DNA of 64,000 nt from an uncultured Bifidobacteriaceae bacterium (GCA_964501785.1 CAZCUD010000006.1:158084-222083); one strand, 5' to 3'; positions 35,275 to 45,393 are shown, counted from the first letter of the stretch. Notes: generated by a model not told the origin, from the sequence alone. Program-made: numbers and translations.

Positions 35275-35414
35275 TCGGACGAGGGGAGCGGCTTGGCCTG
35301 GGCGATCTCCATCGCCTGGCCGTGGCACGTCACCTCGCCGTCGCCTGCCTTGGTCACCAGGACCGTCGCCTCGCAGACGCCGCACTGGTATCGCTTGCCC
35401 AGCAGGTTCGCCAT
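35271..35414 (-). CDS. Desulforedoxin-like metal-binding mini-protein (47 aa, Cys3-His variant)
   Basis: Not in the ORF track (<60 aa). It runs from ATG 35414 to TGA 35271-35273 with high GC3 and AAGGACG upstream. In MANLLGKRYQCGVCEATVLVTKAGDGEVTCHGQAMEIAQAKPLPSSD the pattern is C-x2-C-x15-C-H. Confidence 0.6.
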   Translation of the reverse strand: MANLLGKRYQCGVCEATVLVTKAGDGEVTCHGQAMEIAQAKPLPSSD

Positions 35415-35418
35415 CTCG

Positions 35419-35544
35419 CTACGCGTCCTTGGCGCCCATCGGCGTGCCGCAGCAGGAGATCTCCTCGTCGGTGCCCTTCACGACGATGATCTCGGTGCCG
35501 CACTGCTCGCAACGCAGGCGCGTTCCCACTGCCGTCGGTGCCAT
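35419..35544 (-). CDS. Desulforedoxin-like metal-binding mini-protein (41 aa)
   Basis: Not in the ORF track (<60 aa). It runs from ATG 35544 to TAG 35419-35421 with high GC3. In MAPTAVGTRLRCEQCGTEIIVVKGTDEEISCCGTPMGAKDA the pattern is C-x2-C-x15-C-C, the same spacing as desulforedoxin. Confidence 0.65.
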   Translation of the reverse strand: MAPTAVGTRLRCEQCGTEIIVVKGTDEEISCCGTPMGAKDA

Positions 35545-35563
35545 GCGGGCAGACTATCGCCGC

Positions 35564-36442
35564 ATGTCCGAACGACCGGAAGCCCCCGAGGTCGCCGACC
35601 TTCACGTCGAAGATCTGCGCTTCGAGGTGATCGACCGCGTCGCGCTCGTGACCCTCGACCGGCCCGAGCGGCGCAACGCGTTCACCGGCGCGATGGGCGC
35701 CAGCCTCGGACGCGTCTACGCGCACTGCGACGCCGACGACGAGGTGCGCGCGGTCGTGGTGACGGGGGCGGGCGACGCGTTCTGCGCCGGAGCCGACCTC
35801 ACCCCTCAGGGCGACACGTTCGCGGCGCCCGACGCACGCGACGGTGCCGGTGCCGCGGGAGCCGAGAGGCCGTTCACCTCGTCACCGGTGCGACCGACGG
35901 CGTGGGAGATCCGCAAGCCCGTGCTGGCCGCGATGAACGGGCACGCCATCGGCATCGGCATGACGCTCGCGATGCACTGCGACCTGCGCTTCATGGCCAC
36001 CGGAGCGAAGTACGGGTTCGTGCACAACCGCCGCGGCGTGCTTCCCGACGCGCACTCGCACTGGACGGTGCCGCGCGCGGTCGGGTTCGCGCGCGCCGCG
36101 GACCTGCTGCTCTCGGGGAGGCACTTCAGCGCCGAGGAAGCGTTCGCGATGGGCCTGGCGGCGCGCGCCCTGCCCGCCGACGAGGTCCTGCCCGCGGCGA
36201 TGGACTACGCGCGCGACCTCGCGGTCAACACCGCGCCGCTGTCGATCGCGCTGTCGAAGCGGCTCCTGTGGCACCAGCCGACCCTCGACGCCGACGAGTG
36301 CGATCGCCTGGAGACCGCGTACCACCGGGTCGTCATGGGTCGTGACGACGCCCGTGAGGGCGTCATGGCCTTCCTCGAGCGGCGAGACCCGCAGTGGTCG
36401 CTCAGCCCCACCCGCGACTGGCCCGAAGACCTGGACTCCTAG
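35564..36442 (+). CDS. Enoyl-CoA hydratase/isomerase family protein
   Basis: ORF 35096..36442 trimmed to ATG 35564. Motifs: DRPERRNAF, VVVTGAGDAFCAGADL, NGHAIGIGMTLAMHCDL. Confidence 0.9.
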   Translation: MSERPEAPEVADLHVEDLRFEVIDRVALVTLDRPERRNAFTGAMGASLGRVYAHCDADDEVRAVVVTGAGDAFCAGADLTPQGDTFAAPDARDGAGAAGAERPFTSSPVRPTAWEIRKPVLAAMNGHAIGIGMTLAMHCDLRFMATGAKYGFVHNRRGVLPDAHSHWTVPRAVGFARAADLLLSGRHFSAEEAFAMGLAARALPADEVLPAAMDYARDLAVNTAPLSIALSKRLLWHQPTLDADECDRLETAYHRVVMGRDDAREGVMAFLERRDPQWSLSPTRDWPEDLDS

Positions 36443-36446
36443 GTGT

Positions 36447-37559
36447 CTACTCCCAGGGGACGCCCTCGCCGGGGGACTCGATGTCGAGGAGGTCGGCCAG
36501 CACCCTGGTGACCGCGTTGTTCTCGGCCATGTCGGTGTCGGGCGGCATCAGCTCGAAGTCGACGAGCAGATGCTTGATCCGCATCATGACGACCGCGAAC
36601 CGAAGACCGCCGAAGATCTCGTAGAACTCCAGGTCGCGCGCCGCGCGCCCGCTCGTCTGCTCGTAGCGGGCCACCATCTCCTCGCGGGTCGGGAACCCTT
36701 CGAGGCGGGCTGCGGGCATGCCCTCGTGGAAGTGGCGGTCGAGGAAGAGCCACCAACCGAGGTCCATCATCGGGTCGGCGATCGTCACCATCTCCCAGTC
36801 GACGACCGCGCGGACGTCGTAGTCGGGCCCGAAGAGCTGGTTGTTGATGCGGGCGTCACCCCAGCAGAGCCCGAGCTCGGGGTCCTCGGCCGGAGCGTTG
36901 GCCTGCACCCACTCGAGCGCGGCCTTCGCCACCCGGGGCGGCGCCGCGCCCGGGTCGGCCCACTCGTAGGACTTCTCGTAGTAGCGGAGCTGCTGCTCGA
37001 ACCCCAGCCGCCCGTACTGCGGCTTGTCGAGGAAGTCGAAGCCGAGCGCCTGCCAGTCGACCGCGTGGACGGCGGCGAGCGCGTCGACGCCGTTCATCAC
37101 GAGCGTGCGCCGCTGGTCCGGCGTCGTCTCCTCGAAGAACCACCCGCCCACGGTGTAGGGCGGCGAGTCGCTCGGCGCGCGCCCTTCGACCTGGTCCATC
37201 ACGAAGAACGGTGCACCGAGGTGCTCGTCGCTCGCCTCGAACCACCGCATCGTCGGCACCGGCACGTCGGTCTTGGTGCCGAGCGCCTCGAGCACCTTGT
37301 ACTGCGACTCGAAGTCGGCCTCCATGAACACCGTGTGCTGCGTCGGCTTCACCCGCAGCACGAGCTTCTCGGTCTGGCGGGCGCCGTCGGCGTCGGTGTA
37401 CGACGCGTCGAACAGCAACGTCTCGTTCGAGAAGCCGGTGAACGCGGGTCCGGTCAGCTCGCCGACCTCGACGTCGGTCGCGCCCGGCAGCTGCTCGCCC
37501 AGCCACGCCGCGACGATGTCGCGGGCCTTCTCCAGATCTCGCTGCTCCGGGATCGGCAT
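36447..37559 (-). CDS. Phosphotransferase (APH/ChoK-like kinase) family protein
   Basis: ORF track with ATG 37559. It has the kinase-like catalytic segment LCWGDARINNQLF...VVDWEM. The N-terminus is typical of acyl-CoA-dehydrogenase-associated phosphotransferases. Confidence 0.9.
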   Translation of the reverse strand: MPIPEQRDLEKARDIVAAWLGEQLPGATDVEVGELTGPAFTGFSNETLLFDASYTDADGARQTEKLVLRVKPTQHTVFMEADFESQYKVLEALGTKTDVPVPTMRWFEASDEHLGAPFFVMDQVEGRAPSDSPPYTVGGWFFEETTPDQRRTLVMNGVDALAAVHAVDWQALGFDFLDKPQYGRLGFEQQLRYYEKSYEWADPGAAPPRVAKAALEWVQANAPAEDPELGLCWGDARINNQLFGPDYDVRAVVDWEMVTIADPMMDLGWWLFLDRHFHEGMPAARLEGFPTREEMVARYEQTSGRAARDLEFYEIFGGLRFAVVMMRIKHLLVDFELMPPDTDMAENNAVTRVLADLLDIESPGEGVPWE

Positions 37560-37592
37560 GTGGATCAGACTCCCCCTCGGTCTCGAACCGCT

Positions 37593-38771
37593 CTACACCA
37601 GCACGCCGCGGTCGACGAGGCCAGTCACCTCGTCGGTCGTGAACCCCCAGCCCTCCAGCACGTGCACGGCGCGCTCGCCGGCGTGCTCGGGTGGGGACGG
37701 CTCGGGCAGCGGCGTGCCCGAGAAGCGGGGCGCGGGTGCGGGCTGCGGCACCCCGCGGATCTCGCGGAACGTCGCCCGCGCGACGTTGTGGGGGTGCGAC
37801 GGCGCCTCGACGGGGTCGAGGATCGGGGCGACGCACGCGTCGTAGGCAGCGAAGTGGGTCTCCCATTCGTCGCGCGTCCGTGACGCGATGACCTCGGTGA
37901 ACCGCTCGCGCAGGCGCGGCCAGCCCGACTGGTCGTGCTGATCGGGGAGGTCCTCGTCCGCGAGACCGAGCCCTTCGAGGAGCTGCGCGTAGAACTGGGG
38001 CTCGATCGCTCCGACGGCCAGCCAGCGGCCGTCGCTCGTCTCGTAGCTGTCGTACCAGGGCGAGCCGGTGTCGAGCATGTTGGTGCCCCGTGGGCCCCAG
38101 AAGCCCGACGCGCGGGCGGCGTAGAAGGGCGTGAGCATCACCGCGGCGCCGTCGACCATCGCCGCGTCGACGACCTGGCCTTCGCCCGTGCGCTCGCGCG
38201 CGAGCAGCGCGGCGACGATCCCGTACGCGAGCAGCATCCCGCCGCCGGCGAAGTCGGCGAGGACGTTGATCGGCGGCGTCGGGGGCGCGCCCGCCCGCCC
38301 GAGCGGCTCGAGCGCGCCTGCGATCGCCACGTAGTCGATGTCGTGGCCGGCCTTCTCGGCCAGCGGCCCGTCCTGTCCGTACCCGGTGAGGCGGCCGTAG
38401 ACGAGGCGCGGATTGCGGGCGCACGCGACCTCGGGCCCGATGCCGAGACGCTCGACGACCCCCGGGCGGAACACCTCGAACGCGGCGTCGGCACCGTCGG
38501 TCAGGCGCAGGAACGCCTCGACGCCGTCCGGCGACTTGAGGTCGAGGCCGATCGCGGCCTTCGATCGGTACATGGCGTTGGTCGCGGGGACCGACGTGTC
38601 GATCGCCCGCACCGCGTCGACGCGGTCGACGCGCAGCACCTCGGCGCCGAGGTCGGCGAGCAGCATCCCGCAGAACGGGCCCGGCCCGAGGCCGAGCAGC
38701 TCGACGATGCGCATCCCCGCGAGCGGGCCACCCCGCGCCGCGTCACCGTCGTCGCCCCCGCGTGCGCTCAA
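37593..38771 (-). CDS. CaiB/BaiF family III CoA-transferase (alpha-methylacyl-CoA racemase-like), canonical order
   Basis: ORF track with TTG start 38771. Motifs: GPLAGMRIVELLGLGPGPFCGMLLADLGAEVLRVDR, FRPGVVERLGIGPE, LTGYGQDGP. Confidence 0.9.
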   Translation of the reverse strand: MSARGGDDGDAARGGPLAGMRIVELLGLGPGPFCGMLLADLGAEVLRVDRVDAVRAIDTSVPATNAMYRSKAAIGLDLKSPDGVEAFLRLTDGADAAFEVFRPGVVERLGIGPEVACARNPRLVYGRLTGYGQDGPLAEKAGHDIDYVAIAGALEPLGRAGAPPTPPINVLADFAGGGMLLAYGIVAALLARERTGEGQVVDAAMVDGAAVMLTPFYAARASGFWGPRGTNMLDTGSPWYDSYETSDGRWLAVGAIEPQFYAQLLEGLGLADEDLPDQHDQSGWPRLRERFTEVIASRTRDEWETHFAAYDACVAPILDPVEAPSHPHNVARATFREIRGVPQPAPAPRFSGTPLPEPSPPEHAGERAVHVLEGWGFTTDEVTGLVDRGVLV

Positions 38772-38772
38772 C

Positions 38773-39438
38773 TCAGGCGTCCGCCCGCCCGATGGCCGGC
38801 AGCATCTCGGTGCGGGCGGCGATGAAGAGCCCTTCGGCCTCCGCGGTCACCTCGCCTCCCGCCGACACCGTGGCGGTGGTCACGATCTTGCGTCCGTCCA
38901 CGCGCTCGACGCGCGACTCGTAGCGCAGCTCGGTGTGCAGCGGCGTGGGGATCCGGTAGCGGATCGTGAGTCGTCCGGTCGGCGCGGGACGCCCCACCGC
39001 CCGCGCCGCGCACGCGCCGAGGACCAGATCGAACGCGGCGGCGAGGACGCCGCCGTGCAGCTTGCCCGGCATGCCCTCGTGGCGGTGGTCGTACGTGGCG
39101 AGCGCCGCCGGGCCGTCGGGCGTCTCGATCAGCGTGAGGGGCGGTGCGTTGGGGTTCGAGAGGCCGGCGAAGGGGTGGTACTCGAAGAGGCGATCGTCGG
39201 TCGGCGTGCGGTCGCGGCGGATGCGGAGGCCCTCGCTGCCGTCGTACCGGCTGGTGACGCCGAAGGGGCGCAGCGTCGCGACGAGCTCCTCGACGCGGTC
39301 GGCGGCGACCTCGAGCTCGGCGGTGGGGGCCGAGGTGTTGATCAGCAGCCCCACCAGCTCCCGGGTCGCCGCGCCCACGCGTCGCGTCACGGCCAGTCGT
39401 GCGTCGTCGGACGCGGCAGGGGAAGGGGAGTTCGTCAT
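38773..39438 (-). CDS. PaaI-family hotdog thioesterase (paralog)
   Basis: ORF track with ATG 39438. Motifs: GKLHGGVLAAAFDLVLG...GRLTIRYRIPTP...GRKIVTTA. Confidence 0.8.
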   Translation of the reverse strand: MTNSPSPAASDDARLAVTRRVGAATRELVGLLINTSAPTAELEVAADRVEELVATLRPFGVTSRYDGSEGLRIRRDRTPTDDRLFEYHPFAGLSNPNAPPLTLIETPDGPAALATYDHRHEGMPGKLHGGVLAAAFDLVLGACAARAVGRPAPTGRLTIRYRIPTPLHTELRYESRVERVDGRKIVTTATVSAGGEVTAEAEGLFIAARTEMLPAIGRADA

Positions 39439-39465
39439 CGGGAGCCCCGAGATGATGGCCCCTAG

Positions 39466-40716
<1,251 letters not shown>

Positions 40717-40732
40717 TTCGACCCCGAACGGC

Positions 40733-40762
40733 AACGAGCCCCGGCCTCGGCCGGGGCTCGTT
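40733..40762. terminator. Strong GC-rich hairpin between convergent thiolase and glycine-rich protein genes
   Basis: AACGAGCCCCGGCC-TC-GGCCGGGGCTCGTT is a near-perfect 30-nt palindrome. It is flanked by T-containing tails on both strands. Confidence 0.7.
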
Positions 40763-40784
40763 CGCGTTCGTGGGGCGTCGTGAG

Positions 40785-41747
40785 TCAGCCGGTGAAGCGG
40801 ATGACCGCCTCGATCGGGGCGACGCAGCCGACGCCGGGCTCCCAGCTGATGACGATCGACCCCTCGCCGTCGACGTTCGTGTTGGCGCCCGGGTCGTTGG
40901 CCAGGATGGTCGCGCCGGCGATCGCATTCGACGAGCCGCCGCCGCCACCGCCGGGCTGGATGGTCTGCTGGTCGACCTGCTGGCCCGCGCCGCCACCGCC
41001 GCCGAACCAGCCGCCGCCGGCGCCGCCGCCGGCCCGGCCGCCGCCGCCGCCTTCACCGCCGACCGGACCGACGCCCGGGAAGCCCGGCTCGCCGCTGAAG
41101 CTCGCGTCGCCGCCACCGGCTCCCGGTGCGTCGCTCGTCGCGCCGCCACCGCCGGGACCGTCCGGCGCGCCGTCGCCGCCGGCCTCGCCGCCGCCGTCAC
41201 CACCGTCGGCCGACACCTGCACGCCGCTGAACGACTGACCGCCGCCACCGCCGCCGCCGCCCGCCGCGATGAGCGTCGCGCCACTCGCGCGGCTCACCGC
41301 GCTCGCGCCACCGCCACCAGCGCCGGCGAAGCCGTCGCCGGGCGACGTCCCGCCGTCACCGCCGCTGAGCGACGCGCCGCTGCTGCCACCGAACCCGGGG
41401 TTGATGCCCCCGTTCGAGGTGCCGGGGCCGCCGACCTGGACCAGGAGCTCCTCGCCCGCGGTGACCGGGACCAGGGCGCTGATGACCCCGCCGTCGCCAC
41501 CGAGCGCGGGCGAGTCGACCTCGTTGGTGATCGCGTCGGCACCGTTGGCGCCGACCGCGTCGATCTCGAGCTGGCAGACGCCCGCCGGCACGACGAACGT
41601 CTCGTCCTCGCCGGTGTACGCGTACGACTCCGAGTCGGCCTGCGCGCCGCTCGACGCCGCGGTGGCGACGAGCGCGCCGCCGGCGAGCGTGGCGGCGAAG
41701 AGCGCGCCCGCGCCCCGCCGGATGATCGTGGCTTGCACCGTTCGCAT
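40785..41747 (-). CDS. Secreted glycine-rich-domain protein
   Basis: ORF track. It has a signal peptide (...ATAASSGAQA/DS), a conserved head YAYTGEDETFVVPAGVCQLEIDAVGANG...LLVQVGGPG, a long Gly-rich core and the tail GSIVISWEPG. Confidence 0.8.
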   Translation of the reverse strand: MRTVQATIIRRGAGALFAATLAGGALVATAASSGAQADSESYAYTGEDETFVVPAGVCQLEIDAVGANGADAITNEVDSPALGGDGGVISALVPVTAGEELLVQVGGPGTSNGGINPGFGGSSGASLSGGDGGTSPGDGFAGAGGGGASAVSRASGATLIAAGGGGGGGGQSFSGVQVSADGGDGGGEAGGDGAPDGPGGGGATSDAPGAGGGDASFSGEPGFPGVGPVGGEGGGGGRAGGGAGGGWFGGGGGAGQQVDQQTIQPGGGGGGSSNAIAGATILANDPGANTNVDGEGSIVISWEPGVGCVAPIEAVIRFTG

Positions 41748-41891
41748 CCCCTTGTCCGGGTCCCAGGGCCACGAGCGCCCTGACCGTCTCCGCCCGATGC
41801 CGGTGGCCCGGCCTCGAATCCGCGAACGGTAGCCGAGGCCGTCGGGCGGCGTCCGGATCGTGCGGTGGGCCGAGAGGCGCGCGGGAAGGGG

Positions 41892-42824
41892 TCAGGTCTC
41901 GAAGACCCGGCGCAGGAACGCCGCGACCTCGGCCATCGCCTGGTCGCTCGCGGGCGTGAGCGCGTCCATGTTGAGGAACCCGTGGATCATCCCGGGGTAG
42001 CGCAGCAGCGAGACGTCGACGCCGGCGCCGCGGAGGCGCTCCGCGTAGGCCTCGCCCTCGTCACGCAGCACGTCGTACTCCGCGGTGAGCACGAGGGCGG
42101 GGGGCGCGCCCTCGAGCGACTCGGCGTGGAGCACCGACGCGTAGGGCTCTCGGGGATCGCCGTCGGGACCCAGGTACTCCGACCAGAACCAGCGCATCGT
42201 CGACGCCGCGAGCAGGTACCCCTCGGCGTTCTCCTCGAACGACGGCGTCGCGCAGGCGGCATCGATCACCGGGTAGACGAGCACCTGCCCGGCGAGCCCG
42301 GGACCGCCGTTGCGGGCCGCGAGCGCGGTCGCGGCCGCGAGGTTGCCGCCCGCGCTGTCGCCGGCGACGGCGATGCGCTCGGGGTCGCCCGCGAGCTCGG
42401 CCGCGTGGTGGGTGAGCCAGTGGGTGACCGCCATGCAGTCGTCGAGCGCGGCGGGGAAGCGGTGCTCCGGCGCGAGCCGGTAGTCGACGCTGACGACGAC
42501 CGCACCGGCCTCGTCGGCGAGGCGCCGGCACACGCGATCGTGGGTCTCGATGCCCATGAACACGAAGCCGCCGCCGTGGAAGTACGCGACGACGGGCGAG
42601 GTCTCCTCGGGATCGGGGTCGTAGACGCGCACGGGGATGTCGCCCGCCGGGCCGGGCAGGTGCCGGTCCTCGACGACGTCGACCGGGCGCGCCTCCTTCG
42701 CGTTCGTGTGCGCGAACGCGTCGGCCGTCGAGCGGATCACGTCGAGCGGCATCGTCTCGACCGGCGGGAGCGCGGCCTCGGCGAGCATCGCGAGGTAGGG
42801 CTGGAGCTCTTCGGCGACTGGCAT
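41892..42824 (-). CDS. Alpha/beta-hydrolase, hormone-sensitive-lipase-like esterase
   Basis: ORF 41892..43094 trimmed to ATG 42824. It has the HGGGF oxyanion motif, the GDSAGG nucleophile elbow and a C-terminal HGF. Confidence 0.9.
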   Translation of the reverse strand: MPVAEELQPYLAMLAEAALPPVETMPLDVIRSTADAFAHTNAKEARPVDVVEDRHLPGPAGDIPVRVYDPDPEETSPVVAYFHGGGFVFMGIETHDRVCRRLADEAGAVVVSVDYRLAPEHRFPAALDDCMAVTHWLTHHAAELAGDPERIAVAGDSAGGNLAAATALAARNGGPGLAGQVLVYPVIDAACATPSFEENAEGYLLAASTMRWFWSEYLGPDGDPREPYASVLHAESLEGAPPALVLTAEYDVLRDEGEAYAERLRGAGVDVSLLRYPGMIHGFLNMDALTPASDQAMAEVAAFLRRVFET

Positions 42825-42885
42825 GGGCCGAGAAGCCTTGCACGTCGGGTGGCGCACCGGGCGGACTGCCGCGCCCGCCGACCCG

Positions 42886-43599
42886 TCAGGCGAGCGAGCC
42901 CCAGAAGTCGTCGAGTGCGGCCGCGGCCTCCGGTGCGCGCTCGACGATCGCCCAGTGGCTGCCGTCGAGCGGCACCAGGCGTGCGCCGGAGACCTCCGCG
43001 TACCGTTCGCCCGACGCGAGCGGGCCGACCGGGTCCTCGGTGCCCCAGAGCACCAGACCGGGACGAGGTCCCGGGCCCTTCGGCGCCCAGTCACCGGGCA
43101 GATCCGTCGCCGACCGGTAGAGCGCGAGGATGCAGCGCTTCATGCGGTCGTCGATCGCCGCCGCGGCCGTCTCGGCGCCGGGGTGACCCGTCGCCGCGAG
43201 CCCCGGGCCGATCGTCTCGGGTGTGAACGCGGCCATGATCTGCTCGCCGACCTCGGGCGTCTGCCACTGCACCGCCATCTCGTGCCACTTGAAGCGGTCG
43301 GTGATCGCGCCGTTGCTCAGCGTGTACGAGCGCAGCAGCTCGGGTCTCGTCAGCGCGACGCGCTGGGTCATCAACGAGCCCCAGTCGTGCCCGACCAGAT
43401 CGACCGGCTCACCGATCTCGGCGAGCTGACCCACGATCCAGTCGACGTACTCCTCCTTCGTCGACGCGAAGCCGTCGGGGACGGGTTCGCCGAAGCCGGG
43501 GAGCCGGAGCCGCACGACGTCGTCGCGGCTCAGCTCCGCGACGAGCGGATCCCACATCTCGGAGGTGTCGGGGACACCGTGGACGAGGACGACGGGCAT
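42886..43599 (-). CDS. Alpha/beta-hydrolase fold protein
   Basis: ORF 42886..43608, starting at ATG 43599 (MPVVLVHG). It has a GHDWGS nucleophile-elbow-like motif. Confidence 0.85.
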   Translation of the reverse strand: MPVVLVHGVPDTSEMWDPLVAELSRDDVVRLRLPGFGEPVPDGFASTKEEYVDWIVGQLAEIGEPVDLVGHDWGSLMTQRVALTRPELLRSYTLSNGAITDRFKWHEMAVQWQTPEVGEQIMAAFTPETIGPGLAATGHPGAETAAAAIDDRMKRCILALYRSATDLPGDWAPKGPGPRPGLVLWGTEDPVGPLASGERYAEVSGARLVPLDGSHWAIVERAPEAAAALDDFWGSLA

Positions 43600-43648
43600 G
43601 GGCAGCAACCTACGCGGGCAGCGCCGCGGCCGCCCGGGGTCGCTCGGG

Positions 43649-45277
43649 TCAGGCGCCGGTCGCGGCCTTCGCCGCGACCTCCTGGGCCCAGCGGTAGTCG
43701 GGCTTGCCCGACGGCGATCGTTGGACGGAGTCGACGAAGTGCATCTCGCGCGGGACCTTGTAGCCCGCGATCATCGTGCGGCAGTGCTCCTGGATCGACT
43801 CCAGGGTGGGCGACGTGGACTCGCGGCACTGCACGACCGCGACGACGCGCTGGCCCCAACGCTCGTCCTTCACGCCCACCACGACGCAGTCGTAGACGTC
43901 GGGGTGTCCCTTGACCGCGCCCTCGACCTCTTCGGGGAAGATCTTCTCCCCACCGGAGTTGATCGAGACCGAGCCGCGCCCGAGCAGCGTGATCGTGCCG
44001 TCGGCGTCCATCGTGGCGAAGTCGCCCGGGATCGCGTAGCGCACGCCCTGCTTGTCGGTCACGAACGTCTCGGCGGTCTTCTTCGGGTCCTTGTAGTACT
44101 CGAGCGGGATGTTGCCGCGCCGGGCGACCTTCCCGATCACCTCGGAGCCCGCCTCGACGACCTCCAGGTCTTCGTCGAGCACGACGGTGTCGGTGATCGG
44201 AGTGACGGTCGGGCCGCCCTTCATCGCGGTCTTGCCCTTCTCGATCATCGTGTAGCCGTTGGAGCCGCTCTCCGACGCGCCGATGGCCTCGGTGAGGATC
44301 AGGTTGGGGAAGCGCTCGAGGAACGCGTCCTTCACGCTCGGCGAGAACAGCGCCGCGGTGCTCGAGAGCGAGACCCACGACGACAGGTCGAGGTCCTTCA
44401 CCTCCGGGTCGTCGAGCGCCTCCAGCAGCGGGCGGCCCATCGCGTCGCCGGTGATCATCATGGCGTGGACGCCTTCGGCAGCGACCAGCTTCCAGACCTC
44501 GACGGGCTCGAAGCGCGGGATCAGGCACACCTTGTTGCCGACGAGCGCCTGTCCCATCACGCCCCATTGCGTCGCGCCGTGCATGAGGGGAGCGATGGGC
44601 AGCATCACCGCCTGGGTCGGGTTGGCGAGGCCCTTCTCGGCCATCTCCTCGGGGCGCGTCGCCTTCACGCCGGTGAGGATGTCGATGCCCCCGCCGAGCG
44701 CGTAGAACACGTCCTCCTGCCGCCAGACCACGCCCTTCGGCATGCCGGTCGTGCCGCCGGTGTAGAGGATGTAGCGGTCGTCGGCCGAGCGCGGACCGAA
44801 GTCGCGCCCCGGGGCGCCGCTCGCGACCGCGTCCTCGTAGCCGACGGAGTCGAGCTTGCTCACGTCGGCGCCCGAACCGTCGTCGATGACGATGGAGTGG
44901 CCGAGCAGCGGAAGCGTGTCGAGGACGCCCTGCACGCGGGGGCCGAACTCCTGCTGGTAGACGAGCGCCTTCAGGTCGGCGTTGTCGAACAGGTACGCCA
45001 GCTCGTCCTCGACGTAGCGGTAGTTGATGTTGATCCAGACGGCCCGCAGCTTGAAGACCGCCCAGAGGGTCTCGACCCACTCGACCGAGTTGAGCGCATA
45101 GATGCCGACGTGGTCGCCGGGCCCGATGCCCTCCCGCGCCAGGTGGTGGGCGAGCCGGTTGGCCCGCTCGTCCATCTCGGCGTAGGTGCGCCGCTTGCCG
45201 TCGCACACGAGGTACTCGCGGTCACCGAAGTGGTCGACCGCGTTCTCGAACATGTCGGCGAGGTTGAACTCCAACAC
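43649..45277 (-). CDS. AMP-forming acyl-CoA synthetase (paralog of 22693..24387)
   Basis: ORF track, with GTG 45277 directly after GGAGAAGG. It has FNLADMFE, YILYTGGTTGMPKGVVWRQEDVF and SGGEKIFPEEVE. Confidence 0.95.
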   Translation of the reverse strand: MLEFNLADMFENAVDHFGDREYLVCDGKRRTYAEMDERANRLAHHLAREGIGPGDHVGIYALNSVEWVETLWAVFKLRAVWININYRYVEDELAYLFDNADLKALVYQQEFGPRVQGVLDTLPLLGHSIVIDDGSGADVSKLDSVGYEDAVASGAPGRDFGPRSADDRYILYTGGTTGMPKGVVWRQEDVFYALGGGIDILTGVKATRPEEMAEKGLANPTQAVMLPIAPLMHGATQWGVMGQALVGNKVCLIPRFEPVEVWKLVAAEGVHAMMITGDAMGRPLLEALDDPEVKDLDLSSWVSLSSTAALFSPSVKDAFLERFPNLILTEAIGASESGSNGYTMIEKGKTAMKGGPTVTPITDTVVLDEDLEVVEAGSEVIGKVARRGNIPLEYYKDPKKTAETFVTDKQGVRYAIPGDFATMDADGTITLLGRGSVSINSGGEKIFPEEVEGAVKGHPDVYDCVVVGVKDERWGQRVVAVVQCRESTSPTLESIQEHCRTMIAGYKVPREMHFVDSVQRSPSGKPDYRWAQEVAAKAATGA

Positions 45278-45393
45278 CTTCTCCGCTCTCGGCGCTTCGC
45301 GCCGGGCCGCTCGGGCCCGGGCCTCCTGGTTGCTCCGCAGCGGGCCGTTCGGCCCCGCGGACGTTCGCTTCCGTCGCCGAATCTAGGTGGCGA

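Noticed and set aside
35275-35385. N-terminal extension of track ORF 34207..35385 (start GTG 35385).
   Set aside because: It overlaps, in another frame, the better-supported 47-aa Cys-motif mini-protein gene (35271..35414). Its sequence (MRRLRGDGPGDQGRRRRGD...) is low-complexity, and crotonase homology only begins after codon 38.
35271-35544. The mini-proteins as rubredoxins or as DUF35-type zinc ribbons.
   Set aside because: Rubredoxin and DUF35 ribbons use two CxxC pairs. These have one CxxC plus an adjacent C-C (or C-H) 15 residues later, which matches desulforedoxin spacing. The metal identity remains unknown.
40785-41747. The glycine-rich protein as a PE_PGRS-type protein.
   Set aside because: It has no PE N-terminal domain. 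It has a classical Sec signal peptide and a distinct conserved head and tail, and it lacks the GGAGGx repeat periodicity.
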